Source: a virus
DNA length: 64,000 nucleotides
IMG/VR virus record: IMGVR_UViG_3300002835_000026
Strand: one strand, 5' to 3'
The notes under the pieces were generated by a model. That model was not told the origin of the DNA. It worked only from the letters and a program-made list of their open reading frames with translations, and did not search any database. The translations under genes were made by a program, and so were the position numbers. Below are positions 18,610-27,897 of this stretch, in pieces (position 1 is the first letter of the stretch; every line of letters begins with the position of its first letter).

Positions 18610-18618
18610 ATACTTAGT

Positions 18619-19575
18619 TTAAGAGAGTGCAAAATCGCATAACTTGTTTGACGAGTATGGGCAGTATTTACAGTTAAACGCGCTTGGATTAGGAGTGTGT
18701 GATTTTTCTTTATATGTCCCATCTAAATTAAAACAACTAGTTATGAATTCATTCATAGCGTCTAGTGCTTTATTTACTTTAACTTTACCACTTGCAGGTC
18801 TAAATTCTTGAATGTAGCGTTGAGTATATTCAGTGTTCTCATATATTTTACGTTTCAATATAACAAAATTAATATCAATTGAATCTACAGGAACATTAAA
18901 CTGTTCAGCGAAAAATTGTTTATAAAGTATTAATTGGAATTGTTTATCCTCATCCTTTTTAGCTGCATCATTCCATCCTCTAGTAGACGTTTTAAAGTCG
19001 ATTATAGTGAATGTATTTGTTGGTTCATGATATAATACAAGGTCTAAATACCCTTTATATAACACGGTTTTATACAGTTTATTTGGATTTAATACAATGG
19101 GTACTTCACAACCTACTAAGTGCCAACCACGTTTACTAAAATATTTTTTCTTGTTCTTCTTTAAGTAAGATATTATATTTAATCCATCTTCATAAAATTC
19201 TCTTAACTCTTCAGCACTACTAAAGTGTGTCTTAGTATTTTTCTTATATTCATCAGCATATAAGTCTCTTAGCTTAGTTTCAAATATATCATTTAAATCT
19301 AAAGCATCTGATGCTATATCACTTTCCTCATACATTACAGTAAGGTATTGTTGTACTGTTTCATGCATTGCAGTTCCAAATATAAAATGGATTGAAGGTT
19401 GATATAAGTAATTACCTTCTTTGTATTGTAGTTGCCATTTGTGATTACAAGATCTAAACATAGACATTTGACTATACGATATAGTTTTTTCAAATCTATA
19501 ATCAGTATCTCTAGGTTTATACTTCCTAATTTCTTTAACTATTTTAGGTAATTTCTTAGCCATTATTTCTTCCAA
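18619..19575 (-). CDS. PD-(D/E)xK exonuclease (RecB/Cas4-like)
   Basis: ISYSQ..C, FGTAMHE, E..., GYLDLV, IDFKT, QLILY, CKYCPY....C. Confidence 0.88.
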   Translation of the reverse strand: MEEIMAKKLPKIVKEIRKYKPRDTDYRFEKTISYSQMSMFRSCNHKWQLQYKEGNYLYQPSIHFIFGTAMHETVQQYLTVMYEESDIASDALDLNDIFETKLRDLYADEYKKNTKTHFSSAEELREFYEDGLNIISYLKKNKKKYFSKRGWHLVGCEVPIVLNPNKLYKTVLYKGYLDLVLYHEPTNTFTIIDFKTSTRGWNDAAKKDEDKQFQLILYKQFFAEQFNVPVDSIDINFVILKRKIYENTEYTQRYIQEFRPASGKVKVNKALDAMNEFITSCFNLDGTYKEKSHTPNPSAFNCKYCPYSSNKLCDFALS

Positions 19576-20045
19576 AGACCACGTTCTACTAACTGAGCTA
19601 TAATTCCATAGTTAGTAATATCTTGATATGTGTCAATTAAAGGCTCATTATTTACTTTACGTTTACTGATAATCATATTTTTCCAACGATTAACTTTATC
19701 ATTTAGTCTATACCATAAACCAGTTAATGCAAATTCTATCTCATCAGAATTTGATAATTGAGTACCAGCTGAAATATTTGACATACCATAGTCTAAATGT
19801 TTTTTAGCAAATAATTCATATTGTTCTAAAATTATTTGTTCATAACCATCAGCAATAGTAGGATATTCTTTTTTTAATATTTGAATTGCCTCTGGCATTT
19901 TAGGATAATCAATTAGTTTAGTATTAATTTGAGCTGTTTCTTTAGAGTGATCTTTTACTTTAGTGTTGTAAGGTGCTACTGGTTCTGACATTTCTTTATT
20001 AAAATTGATTTCTCTGTTATTATATTTTTTAATTGGACCTGACAT
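19563..20045 (-). CDS. DUF1599 / nucleotide-modification-associated (Nmad1-like) protein
   Basis: KKHLDYG..NI, RLNDKVNR, EPLIDTYQDITNYGII. Confidence 0.75.
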   Translation of the reverse strand: MSGPIKKYNNREINFNKEMSEPVAPYNTKVKDHSKETAQINTKLIDYPKMPEAIQILKKEYPTIADGYEQIILEQYELFAKKHLDYGMSNISAGTQLSNSDEIEFALTGLWYRLNDKVNRWKNMIISKRKVNNEPLIDTYQDITNYGIIAQLVERGLWKK

Positions 20046-20464
20046 TATTTTATTTCTTTAATTAATGCTTTTTTTAATTTTTCCTCTAAACCTAACTCAC
20101 TAAATATATTTTCCATTTCCTGTTTAGGTAATATTTTAATATATTCACTAGCTTCCTTTTTTGAACACTCAAAATAAAAAGCTATATGAGTTAATAGTTC
20201 AGGTGAATAAGACTTAATGGTGGATTTTATATACTTACTATATAATGGTTTAGTAGGTAAAATATTTAAGTAAACATTATATATTTGTTTCTTTTCAGCT
20301 GGAGGTAGTTTTTGGACTAAGTTTGTTAGTTCAATATACTTCTCATCCATACTTAATACTTTATGAGCCATATATGAGTTGAAATCATTTTTTTCATTCT
20401 CAGTATATGAATCCCACTTTGTTTTATTTATAGTAAGATTTTTTATAAAATCCCAAGGTGTCAT
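20045..20464 (-). CDS. clamp loader small subunit (gp62-like)
   Basis: MTPWDFIKNL, FNSYMAHKVLS, YFECSKKEASEY; near gp44-like gene. Confidence 0.75.
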   Translation of the reverse strand: MTPWDFIKNLTINKTKWDSYTENEKNDFNSYMAHKVLSMDEKYIELTNLVQKLPPAEKKQIYNVYLNILPTKPLYSKYIKSTIKSYSPELLTHIAFYFECSKKEASEYIKILPKQEMENIFSELGLEEKLKKALIKEIK

Positions 20465-20718
20465 TAGTCTTGTGTTTCGTTTAATTCAGCGTATTCTGCT
20501 CTTAATTCTTTAGGTAAGAAATCAGACATAATTTTTCCTGTCTTAATATCAAAAAAACATGGGATTGGAATAACACCATCTTCTGCTTGTCCTGTAATGA
20601 AACGAGATACTTTTCTTAAAATTACTCCTTCTTGGAATACTGAATTACCATCAGGTGAGGTAATTGGGGTAGTTGTTGTCAAGTCAATTTGTGCTTGAGG
20701 TACTTGCTGTTTATTCAT
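20464..20718 (-). CDS. hypothetical protein
   Basis: 84 aa ORF in operon. Confidence 0.75.
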   Translation of the reverse strand: MNKQQVPQAQIDLTTTTPITSPDGNSVFQEGVILRKVSRFITGQAEDGVIPIPCFFDIKTGKIMSDFLPKELRAEYAELNETQD

Positions 20719-20908
20719 TGTTTTCTTTTTTATGTCTTAACCAATCTATATAAAATCCTATTGCTACTATAATATTCATTCCAAATGAAGCTATTATCTC
20801 GTATATGTCTTCATAAATGTTCATTGTTAAATGAACATGACCTATCATCCAAAATGGAACTGCTAAATTTTGAGATATCCAAGACAATAGATACTTTGTA
20901 AACTTCAC
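20711..20908 (-). CDS. small membrane protein
   Basis: Two hydrophobic segments. Confidence 0.65.
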   Translation of the reverse strand: MKFTKYLLSWISQNLAVPFWMIGHVHLTMNIYEDIYEIIASFGMNIIVAIGFYIDWLRHKKENNE

Positions 20909-20909
20909 T

Positions 20910-21839
20910 CTATATAACCTTTTTCTTTAATATAACCTTTAATATTTGAGATATACAAGCCATAATGTTTATCTCTTTATCAATTCTAAAATTAGATTGA
21001 TATTGTGATTCTGAAATTAATATAATTAACTCACCATCATTTCCTTTACTATACTCCTCTATTCTATCATATAATGCTCTAAACAATTCATCATACTCAC
21101 TTATATTTGAATCAGCAATAATTTGTTTAATTGTTTTCCAAGACGTAGGAGTAGGTTTAGTAAGTTCAGATATTACTTTATCAATATAATTAGAAGCAAT
21201 TAATACTGACTTATCTAATGTTAATTTACCACTATGTGTTGATAATTGACATGTATTCAAAATCTTTCTTAGATCAGGATAAAACTGGTTTACTACAGTT
21301 TTAATTGAATCTAAATCGTATTCAGTGTTCTCTTTTTCTAAAACAGTAACAATATGTTTTGCAACCTCACCTTTAGATGGAGGTACAATTTTTAATACTT
21401 GACATCTAGATTGTAGTGGATCAATAATTCGTTCTATAAAGTTACAAGTTAAAATAAAACGAGTACTCATAGAATAAGTTTCAATTACATTTCGTAAAGC
21501 AGCTTGTCCTTGAATTGTAATGAAATCTGCCTCATCTAATATGATTACCTTTAAAGGTTTAAATGAGGCAGTTGAGGCAAAACCTTGTACTTTTTCTCGT
21601 ATGGTCTCAATTCCTCTCTCATCACTTGCATTTATATAGAGGTGGTCACAGTTGATATTATTAATAAGAAGTTTTGCTAATGTTGTTTTTCCAGTTCCTG
21701 GAGGACCATATAGTAATAAATTTTGTATATCATTCTGTTCAATATACTTTGCTATTACTTGTTTTAAGGTATCATTACCTACATATTCGTCTAATGTTTT
21801 AGAACGATATTTTTCTACATATAACTTGTGCTCTCTCAT
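20910..21839 (-). CDS. clamp loader large subunit (gp44/RFC)
   Basis: YVEKYR, GPPGTGKTT, INASDERG, ILDEAD, LQSRC; ATG 21839 preferred over GTG 21842. Confidence 0.95.
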   Translation of the reverse strand: MREHKLYVEKYRSKTLDEYVGNDTLKQVIAKYIEQNDIQNLLLYGPPGTGKTTLAKLLINNINCDHLYINASDERGIETIREKVQGFASTASFKPLKVIILDEADFITIQGQAALRNVIETYSMSTRFILTCNFIERIIDPLQSRCQVLKIVPPSKGEVAKHIVTVLEKENTEYDLDSIKTVVNQFYPDLRKILNTCQLSTHSGKLTLDKSVLIASNYIDKVISELTKPTPTSWKTIKQIIADSNISEYDELFRALYDRIEEYSKGNDGELIILISESQYQSNFRIDKEINIMACISQILKVILKKKVI

Positions 21840-21843
21840 CACT

Positions 21844-21876
21844 TAAATATAACATTTATTATTTATAAAGCCAAAC
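21844..21876 (-). promoter_or_regulatory. early/host-type promoter
   Basis: GTTTGGCT-N-TATATTTA, 20 nt spacer; 4 nt to ATG. Confidence 0.75.
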
Positions 21877-21884
21877 TGACTCTA

Positions 21885-22139
21885 CTAATAGTCTCCATAC
21901 ATATTGAACTTTTTAGGTGCTACAGGTTTAACCTCAACCTCTTCAGTTCTAATAACATATGCTTTACCACCTATAGGATTTAGTTTAAATTCAGCTTTTT
22001 CACCTGTTTTATCAAACCAAGCCTCTAATACTTCAGTTAGTGAATTATAAATTTCACTTGAACCAACTAGAGCCCACCTGTCACCAGGTGGAACTCTATT
22101 AGCTATTAGTTCATAAAATTCTTTTTTACTTGTTTCCAT
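21885..22139 (-). CDS. hypothetical protein
   Basis: 84 aa; IANRVPPGDRW motif. Confidence 0.75.
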   Translation of the reverse strand: METSKKEFYELIANRVPPGDRWALVGSSEIYNSLTEVLEAWFDKTGEKAEFKLNPIGGKAYVIRTEEVEVKPVAPKKFNMYGDY

Positions 22140-23758
22140 TACATCATTCCATTCATCATACTACCGTAGTCAGGAGTTGAATTTTTGTCTTCTGGTTTAT
22201 CAACAATAGTACATTCTGTTAATAAAATAGTTCCGGCTACTGACGCCGCATTTTCTAAAGCTGTTCTTGTTACTTTAGCTGGATCAATAATACCTGCTTC
22301 TTTCATATTAACAACTTTTTCTGATTGTAAATCATAACCCATCCATGATGTTTCATTTTTAATGTCATTCATGATTTGATAGATTTTTTCTTGTTCTACA
22401 CCAGCATTAGATAAAATTTTCTTAAGTGGAGCTGAACATGCTTCATAAACAATTTGAGAACCAATATCATTTACTTCAATTAAATCTCTCATATGTAATA
22501 AAGCTACTCCACCACCTGGTACAATACCTTCCTCAATTGCAGCTTTAGTTGCATGTAATGCATCATCAAATCTGTCTTTACGTTCTTTAACTTCTGTTTC
22601 AGTGTTACCACCTACATGTACAATTGAAATACCACCTACAAATTTAGCTAAACGTTCTTGTAATTTTTCTTTTTCAAATGGTGTTTTTGCTAATTCAATT
22701 TGTTCCATTAACTCATTAATACGAGCCTCAATTTTAGTATCATCACCTTTACCATCTACAATTGTAGTTGTGTCTTTAGAAATTGTAACTGAACGTGCTT
22801 GGCCTAACCAACTAGAATCAAATTTTTCTAATTTCATTCCTTTTTCAGATGAAATAACTTGACCACCAGTTAAGATTGCAATGTCCTCTAAAATTAATTT
22901 TCTTCTATCTCCAAAGTCAGGTGCTTTAACAGCTGCTGATTTTAAGATACCTCTTGCTTTGTTTACAATAAGTGCTGCTAATGCTTCACCTTCAATATCT
23001 TCAGCAATAACTAAAATTGATTTATTTTGTTGAGAAATACTTTCTAAAACAGGTAATAATTCTTTTACTTGAGATACTTTTTTGTCTATAATTAAAACAT
23101 AAACATCATTTAAAATAGCAGTCATTGAATTATTATCTGTAACCATATAAGGTGACTTATAACCTCTTTCAAACTGCATACCTTCTACTGTTTCAAGATA
23201 TGTTTCTCCTGTTTTAGATTCTTCAACATGAACAACACCTTCACGACCTACTTTTTTCATCGCTTCAGCTATCATTTTTCCAATTTCTGGATCATTATTA
23301 GCTGAAATAGTAGCTACTTGTTCTAATTGTTCTTCAGATGAAATATCTTCTTTTAATTCTTTACGAAGTGATTCAACTAATTGTTTAACTGCTCTATCAA
23401 TTCCTCTTTTAATCTCAACCGCATTTGAACCATTGTTTAAATGATTTAATCCAGCGTTAACCATTGATTGTGCTAATAAAGTAGATGTAGTTGTTCCATC
23501 ACCCGCATTGTCTGCTGTCTTAATAGCAGCTTGTTTAATCATTTTGATACCCAATTCCTCGATTGGATCCTCTAAGTAGTTAATATTTTTAGCTACTGTC
23601 ACACCGTCTTTAGTAGAAAACACTGACTGACCATCTGTATAAACTACATTTCGGCCATTTGGTCCTAATGTACTTGTAACAGCATCAGCTAATGTATTAA
23701 TACCACTTACTAAGCGCTCTCTAGCTTCACTACCTATTACTATAACTTGTTTACTCAT
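22139..23758 (-). CDS. groEL: chaperonin GroEL
   Basis: TLGPNGRNV, TKDGVTVAK, GDGTTT, EGMQFERGY, EEGIVPGGG, IIDPAKVTR. Confidence 0.98.
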   Translation of the reverse strand: MSKQVIVIGSEARERLVSGINTLADAVTSTLGPNGRNVVYTDGQSVFSTKDGVTVAKNINYLEDPIEELGIKMIKQAAIKTADNAGDGTTTSTLLAQSMVNAGLNHLNNGSNAVEIKRGIDRAVKQLVESLRKELKEDISSEEQLEQVATISANNDPEIGKMIAEAMKKVGREGVVHVEESKTGETYLETVEGMQFERGYKSPYMVTDNNSMTAILNDVYVLIIDKKVSQVKELLPVLESISQQNKSILVIAEDIEGEALAALIVNKARGILKSAAVKAPDFGDRRKLILEDIAILTGGQVISSEKGMKLEKFDSSWLGQARSVTISKDTTTIVDGKGDDTKIEARINELMEQIELAKTPFEKEKLQERLAKFVGGISIVHVGGNTETEVKERKDRFDDALHATKAAIEEGIVPGGGVALLHMRDLIEVNDIGSQIVYEACSAPLKKILSNAGVEQEKIYQIMNDIKNETSWMGYDLQSEKVVNMKEAGIIDPAKVTRTALENAASVAGTILLTECTIVDKPEDKNSTPDYGSMMNGMM

Positions 23759-23759
23759 A

Positions 23760-24056
23760 TTATTCTTCTTCGTTTAATGTTGCTAATACTTGATTTTCAG
23801 GGCAAACATAATATTCTACTCCTTCATGTTCTACTTTTACTGGGCCCATTTGAGGTAAAATTACTTGTTGTCCTACTTTTAATACTGTAGGTATCCAAAC
23901 TCCAGTTACTGAATAATGACCAGGACCGATTGATACAATTTCTCCTGATAAATTTTTTTCTTTTCCTAAATCAGGAATGTAAAGTGAACCATATGTTTGT
24001 TCTGATTCATCTTTAGGCTTTACAATTACAGCGTTAAATTCTGCGTTTAATCTCAT
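23760..24056 (-). CDS. groES: co-chaperonin GroES
   Basis: VIVKP, GSLYIPD..KEK, GEIVSIGPG, LKVG; adjacent to groEL. Confidence 0.92.
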   Translation of the reverse strand: MRLNAEFNAVIVKPKDESEQTYGSLYIPDLGKEKNLSGEIVSIGPGHYSVTGVWIPTVLKVGQQVILPQMGPVKVEHEGVEYYVCPENQVLATLNEEE

Positions 24057-24358
24057 AAGTCTATTTTAATTAATTGGTTTATTTTATTTTCTACTATTCT
24101 CCATTCCTCAATATATTCAGAAATTGAGTTATATTCGGCTTTATTACTTGTTTTTAAACTAGCAATACGTCTTAGACAAGATCCGAATGAACCATAATAT
24201 CCTATTGTTTTTTGGATTTTTTCTACACTTTTAGTGTAACGTTGATCTGGTGTAGCATCCTCTAATACTGTGTAGCAGTATGTATCCTTTTGGATATAGA
24301 ATGGTTCTAAAAATGGATCACGGATTGTAATGCTGTTTGATAACTCTTTTTCTTTCAT
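24053..24358 (-). CDS. hypothetical protein
   Basis: 101 aa ORF. Confidence 0.75.
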   Translation of the reverse strand: MKEKELSNSITIRDPFLEPFYIQKDTYCYTVLEDATPDQRYTKSVEKIQKTIGYYGSFGSCLRRIASLKTSNKAEYNSISEYIEEWRIVENKINQLIKIDL

Positions 24359-24370
24359 AACCTTGTTTTA

Positions 24371-24379
24371 TATAAATAT
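24371..24379 (-). promoter_or_regulatory. putative late promoter ATATTTATA (groES/EL unit)
   Basis: Intergenic, upstream of ATG 24358. Confidence 0.45.
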
Positions 24380-24381
24380 GC

Positions 24382-25122
24382 TTAAATTTCCTTTTGTACT
24401 AAGTAGTAAGTACTACTTATAATTCCGTTTTGGAATTCTAATTTAATTAAACCCTCTAAATTAATGCTTAGTGTTCCTGATATCATATCTTTATTACAAT
24501 ATAATATCTCTTTAATTAATTCTGAATTGTAATGTAATTTATATTGTGATGGAACATTTTGTTGAGTTAGATTAGGTAAATAAAATGATACTTTATTTGC
24601 GTATTCAACATCTCCACCAAATGTTAATTCTAATTCAGGTTCACCATCTATAGATAATGATGGTTGAATAACTACTGTTTCACTATTTGTTAAGGCACCT
24701 TGTGCTTTAATAATTGAACCAATTGCTTCAGAATCTAATGTTGTAATAATATTATATGACTCTTCAAAATTAGTTTCACCTGTTTTAGGTATAGTTAAAA
24801 TATCAGCTAAGGCATAATTAAGTTGAAATTGATTATCAGCTAGTAATAATTTAGAACAAATTCTACCTACTTTAACAGTGCTTAATTGAATAACATCTTT
24901 AGTAATGTCAATTAATTTTACTAATTGAGTTGTATTACTAATTCCAAAACTACAATCATCTAATGGAAATTTAGAACATTTTACTTCACCTAACATTTCT
25001 TTACTAGGTGACATAAATTTAACTGCTAAATTATTGTCTTTAATTTCCCACTTAACCTGCTCAACTAAACTACCAATATGGTATTTTGATATGACTGATT
25101 TTAGATCTGTTTTATTTATCAT
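24382..25122 (-). CDS. sliding clamp (gp45-like)
   Basis: Size, beta-rich two-domain pattern, position between PolB and clamp loader. Confidence 0.7.
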   Translation of the reverse strand: MINKTDLKSVISKYHIGSLVEQVKWEIKDNNLAVKFMSPSKEMLGEVKCSKFPLDDCSFGISNTTQLVKLIDITKDVIQLSTVKVGRICSKLLLADNQFQLNYALADILTIPKTGETNFEESYNIITTLDSEAIGSIIKAQGALTNSETVVIQPSLSIDGEPELELTFGGDVEYANKVSFYLPNLTQQNVPSQYKLHYNSELIKEILYCNKDMISGTLSINLEGLIKLEFQNGIISSTYYLVQKEI

Positions 25123-25128
25123 ATGGAT

Positions 25129-25161
25129 ATAATATAATGAAGATATGACTACAAGCCAAAC
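25129..25161 (-). promoter_or_regulatory. early/host-type promoter
   Basis: GTTTGGCT-N-TATATTAT, 20 nt spacer. Confidence 0.7.
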
Positions 25162-27825
25162 TTAAAATTTAAAAAATTTGTGAACATTACGGTTAAATAT
25201 TGGAGCTCCCCACCCTAGATCTTCATACACTCCCTCTAATTTGTTTCTCATAACCGATTCAAATATTCGGTCACGGTCAATATATTTTTCAATAAACTCC
25301 ATTATTTCAGGAGGATCATTGTAACCATTAAATCCCATAACATCTATTTTATATGGATTTTCTTTTAGGTAAGCAATATACATTTTATCACCTATTTGGA
25401 ATGTTGGGAATTGTTTGTCTAGTTTTTTAAATCTTAGAATATCATTATAATAAACAGCTGATTTAGTATTAATAGGACATTTTAGGGCTAGTCTAGAAAA
25501 TATTTCACCTGCTCCTGGTCTAGCAGCTATATAACTAGACATTTGTTTTAGTCCTGTAGGTTTTAGTATTTGATGCCAGTCAATAGTTCTTAATGACTCT
25601 CTAAACACTAATAATTGCTCATCAATTGAAGATTTAGATTTACCATACATAATTTCTTTTAGAATATGTTCTCCAAAGTTTCTAAATAAAGGTGGAAAAT
25701 TAGATTTCATTAGATCTAAACCCATCATTACTAGTTCATCTGTTGGTACACCTTCTTTATTTACAATATGCATTGCATATCTTCTTTTACCAGCAAAATA
25801 ACCTCGTTCAAGTACTACCTCTTGTTTCAACTCAAAGTAATGAGGTTCGTCTGGGTATTTAACATTGAATAAATCTTTTACTAATGTATGTAGATGGTTA
25901 TTAGCTTCCTTTTGAATTTCAGTTGCAATCTCTAAAATATATTTAACCCACTCCTCTTTAGAGGCATTTATTAGATTTGGATTTCTTTTTAATGCTAAAT
26001 CTTTAACTTGAATAAATAGTGAGTCAGTATCTGATGTTACAATATAATCTTTATCATTTGAGTTTAATTGTTTATTCATCCATTCATTAACAAACTTAAT
26101 TGATTCTTGAGTCAGTCTTTGACCTGTTAAAGTAATTGCTTTACTAATAAACTTATTTCCGTCAGTATATCTCCATCCATTTTGAGCAAACACTCCATAA
26201 ACATCATTCAACTTAATCTTATAAGCATGTTGTCTACTATTATAAAATTCTCCTAATACAGGATCGTTTTTAACTTTATAAGCGTCTTTCATTAGTTTTT
26301 TATACTCCTGTCTTTTTACAAACCAGTCAGTTAAAATTTCACAAACAACACTTGATACATCTTTCTTAAATATAACTCCAGGTGCAGATATAATTAAATC
26401 ATTATGTTCAATTAGATTTACTAGATTTCCTACTGTTGTAACAGAAGTAGATACCGTTCTATCTTTTTTTACTTTTTCAATCTTAATTTTTCTTTCAGGA
26501 TCCATTTGTTTTAGTTCCCGCAGAGACCACTGGTTATCAAACTTACCATTGTTTACAACACGACCTACTAACGTTTCTATTCCCATGTTTAAAGAACGAA
26601 TTATAGAAGGATATAGTGAAGTAAAGTCTAAGTCAATCACCCAATCATATAGTCCAGGTACTGGGTCTTTTAGATAACCACCGGCATAACCAGCTAATAC
26701 TAAAATTTCATCATACTCATCTTTAGTCATTTGACCACTACGATAAAGTGCTTCTGCTTTTCTAGGATTAATCTCTTTTAAGTATGGATTATAAGTTGTA
26801 GGTTTATTAGGTGAAACTACTCCTTTTCGTTTTAGGTAAGTTAAAATAGCGCCCTCATTCAACATAGTTGAATAATAGATTTGTTCATATTCAGTATGAC
26901 ATAAATGAGCAATTGTAACTGTTAAGTCTATAAACTTCATTCTGTTTTCTAACTCAACAATGATTTCAACATCTCGAATGTTATACTCAATAAATTTTTC
27001 TGGGTCTTCTTTAAATAGGTTATCTAATGAACCTTGATATTCAACTTTACCTAAGTCAGCATATCTTAAACCAATATCATTTAATCGATATGATGGTTCT
27101 TGTTTCATAATAAACTTTTTAAACAACAACATATAGTCTAAGTGATTTACTCCTCCTATTACTATTGGTTGTTCTGTATCATATTCTACAGTTTTAATTT
27201 TACCTATTGGAGATAAACGTTTACCTTCACTTTCACCTGCTACTTTAGATATTCTATGATATAAATAAGGTATATCAAAGAAACCACTATTCCAACCTGT
27301 AACAATAGTTGGATCAAGTTGTTCCCATAATGCTAAAAATGCTTGTAATAACTCTAATTCAGTTGTAAATGGAACTACTTCTTTACCTGGATTGTTAATA
27401 GTGTTTAGATTATTTTGTTCATCTAAAATTAAACAATAATATTTTTTAGTAGTAGCATCATATACTGAAACTGAAGTAATTTTAGCTAATGCTTGTTTTA
27501 TACTTTCAGCAGTTAGTGCTCCTAATATCTCACACTCAATATCTAGGTAAACTACATTTTGGAATGATGGTGTATCATCAGTCTCATAATAAGTGTCAAC
27601 TAATAAACGAGTTATTTTATCAACATCTTTTTCATAGTACTTAGGATTTTTCCAGTCATCCATTTTTTTAGTAGCCGATACACAATCACCTTCTAATGTG
27701 TATTGATCTCCATTCTCATCCTTAACATAATAAGTGGGATAGTATTTAAAATCAGACCAACCACGTTTGTCATCTCTTAAATAATATTTTTTCTCGTTAA
27801 AATCGTAATAACAGCTTTGATACAT
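25162..27825 (-). CDS. family B DNA polymerase (gp43-like)
   Basis: Exo motifs DIE, GWNS..FDIPY, YNIRD; DFTSLYPSII, KIKLNDVYG, DTDS, KRRYA. Confidence 0.97.
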   Translation of the reverse strand: MYQSCYYDFNEKKYYLRDDKRGWSDFKYYPTYYVKDENGDQYTLEGDCVSATKKMDDWKNPKYYEKDVDKITRLLVDTYYETDDTPSFQNVVYLDIECEILGALTAESIKQALAKITSVSVYDATTKKYYCLILDEQNNLNTINNPGKEVVPFTTELELLQAFLALWEQLDPTIVTGWNSGFFDIPYLYHRISKVAGESEGKRLSPIGKIKTVEYDTEQPIVIGGVNHLDYMLLFKKFIMKQEPSYRLNDIGLRYADLGKVEYQGSLDNLFKEDPEKFIEYNIRDVEIIVELENRMKFIDLTVTIAHLCHTEYEQIYYSTMLNEGAILTYLKRKGVVSPNKPTTYNPYLKEINPRKAEALYRSGQMTKDEYDEILVLAGYAGGYLKDPVPGLYDWVIDLDFTSLYPSIIRSLNMGIETLVGRVVNNGKFDNQWSLRELKQMDPERKIKIEKVKKDRTVSTSVTTVGNLVNLIEHNDLIISAPGVIFKKDVSSVVCEILTDWFVKRQEYKKLMKDAYKVKNDPVLGEFYNSRQHAYKIKLNDVYGVFAQNGWRYTDGNKFISKAITLTGQRLTQESIKFVNEWMNKQLNSNDKDYIVTSDTDSLFIQVKDLALKRNPNLINASKEEWVKYILEIATEIQKEANNHLHTLVKDLFNVKYPDEPHYFELKQEVVLERGYFAGKRRYAMHIVNKEGVPTDELVMMGLDLMKSNFPPLFRNFGEHILKEIMYGKSKSSIDEQLLVFRESLRTIDWHQILKPTGLKQMSSYIAARPGAGEIFSRLALKCPINTKSAVYYNDILRFKKLDKQFPTFQIGDKMYIAYLKENPYKIDVMGFNGYNDPPEIMEFIEKYIDRDRIFESVMRNKLEGVYEDLGWGAPIFNRNVHKFFKF

Positions 27826-27829
27826 ATTG

Positions 27830-27862
27830 TTAATATAATAAAAAAGGCTTGGAAAACCAAGC
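27830..27862 (-). promoter_or_regulatory. promoter for polB overlapping a terminator
   Basis: GCTTGG-N-TATATTAA, 20 nt spacer; 4 nt to ATG. Confidence 0.6.
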
Positions 27863-27864
27863 CT
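27840..27864 (-). terminator. intrinsic terminator
   Basis: AGGCTTGG-TTTT-CCAAGCCT followed by a T tract. Confidence 0.75.
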
Positions 27865-27897
27865 TAGAAAATAAAAGATATGATAGATTTAGTAATT

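Noticed and set aside
18619-19575. Cas4-like nuclease as evidence of a CRISPR-Cas system
   Set aside because: No cas1/cas2, effector genes or array in the window; stand-alone PD-(D/E)xK exonucleases are common in phage replication modules.
26380-26580. Insertion between PolB motifs A and B as a possible intein
   Set aside because: It is short and lacks an N-terminal Cys/Ser block, a His-Asn end and LAGLIDADG motifs. No introns or inteins were evident in RNR, helicase or UvsX either.
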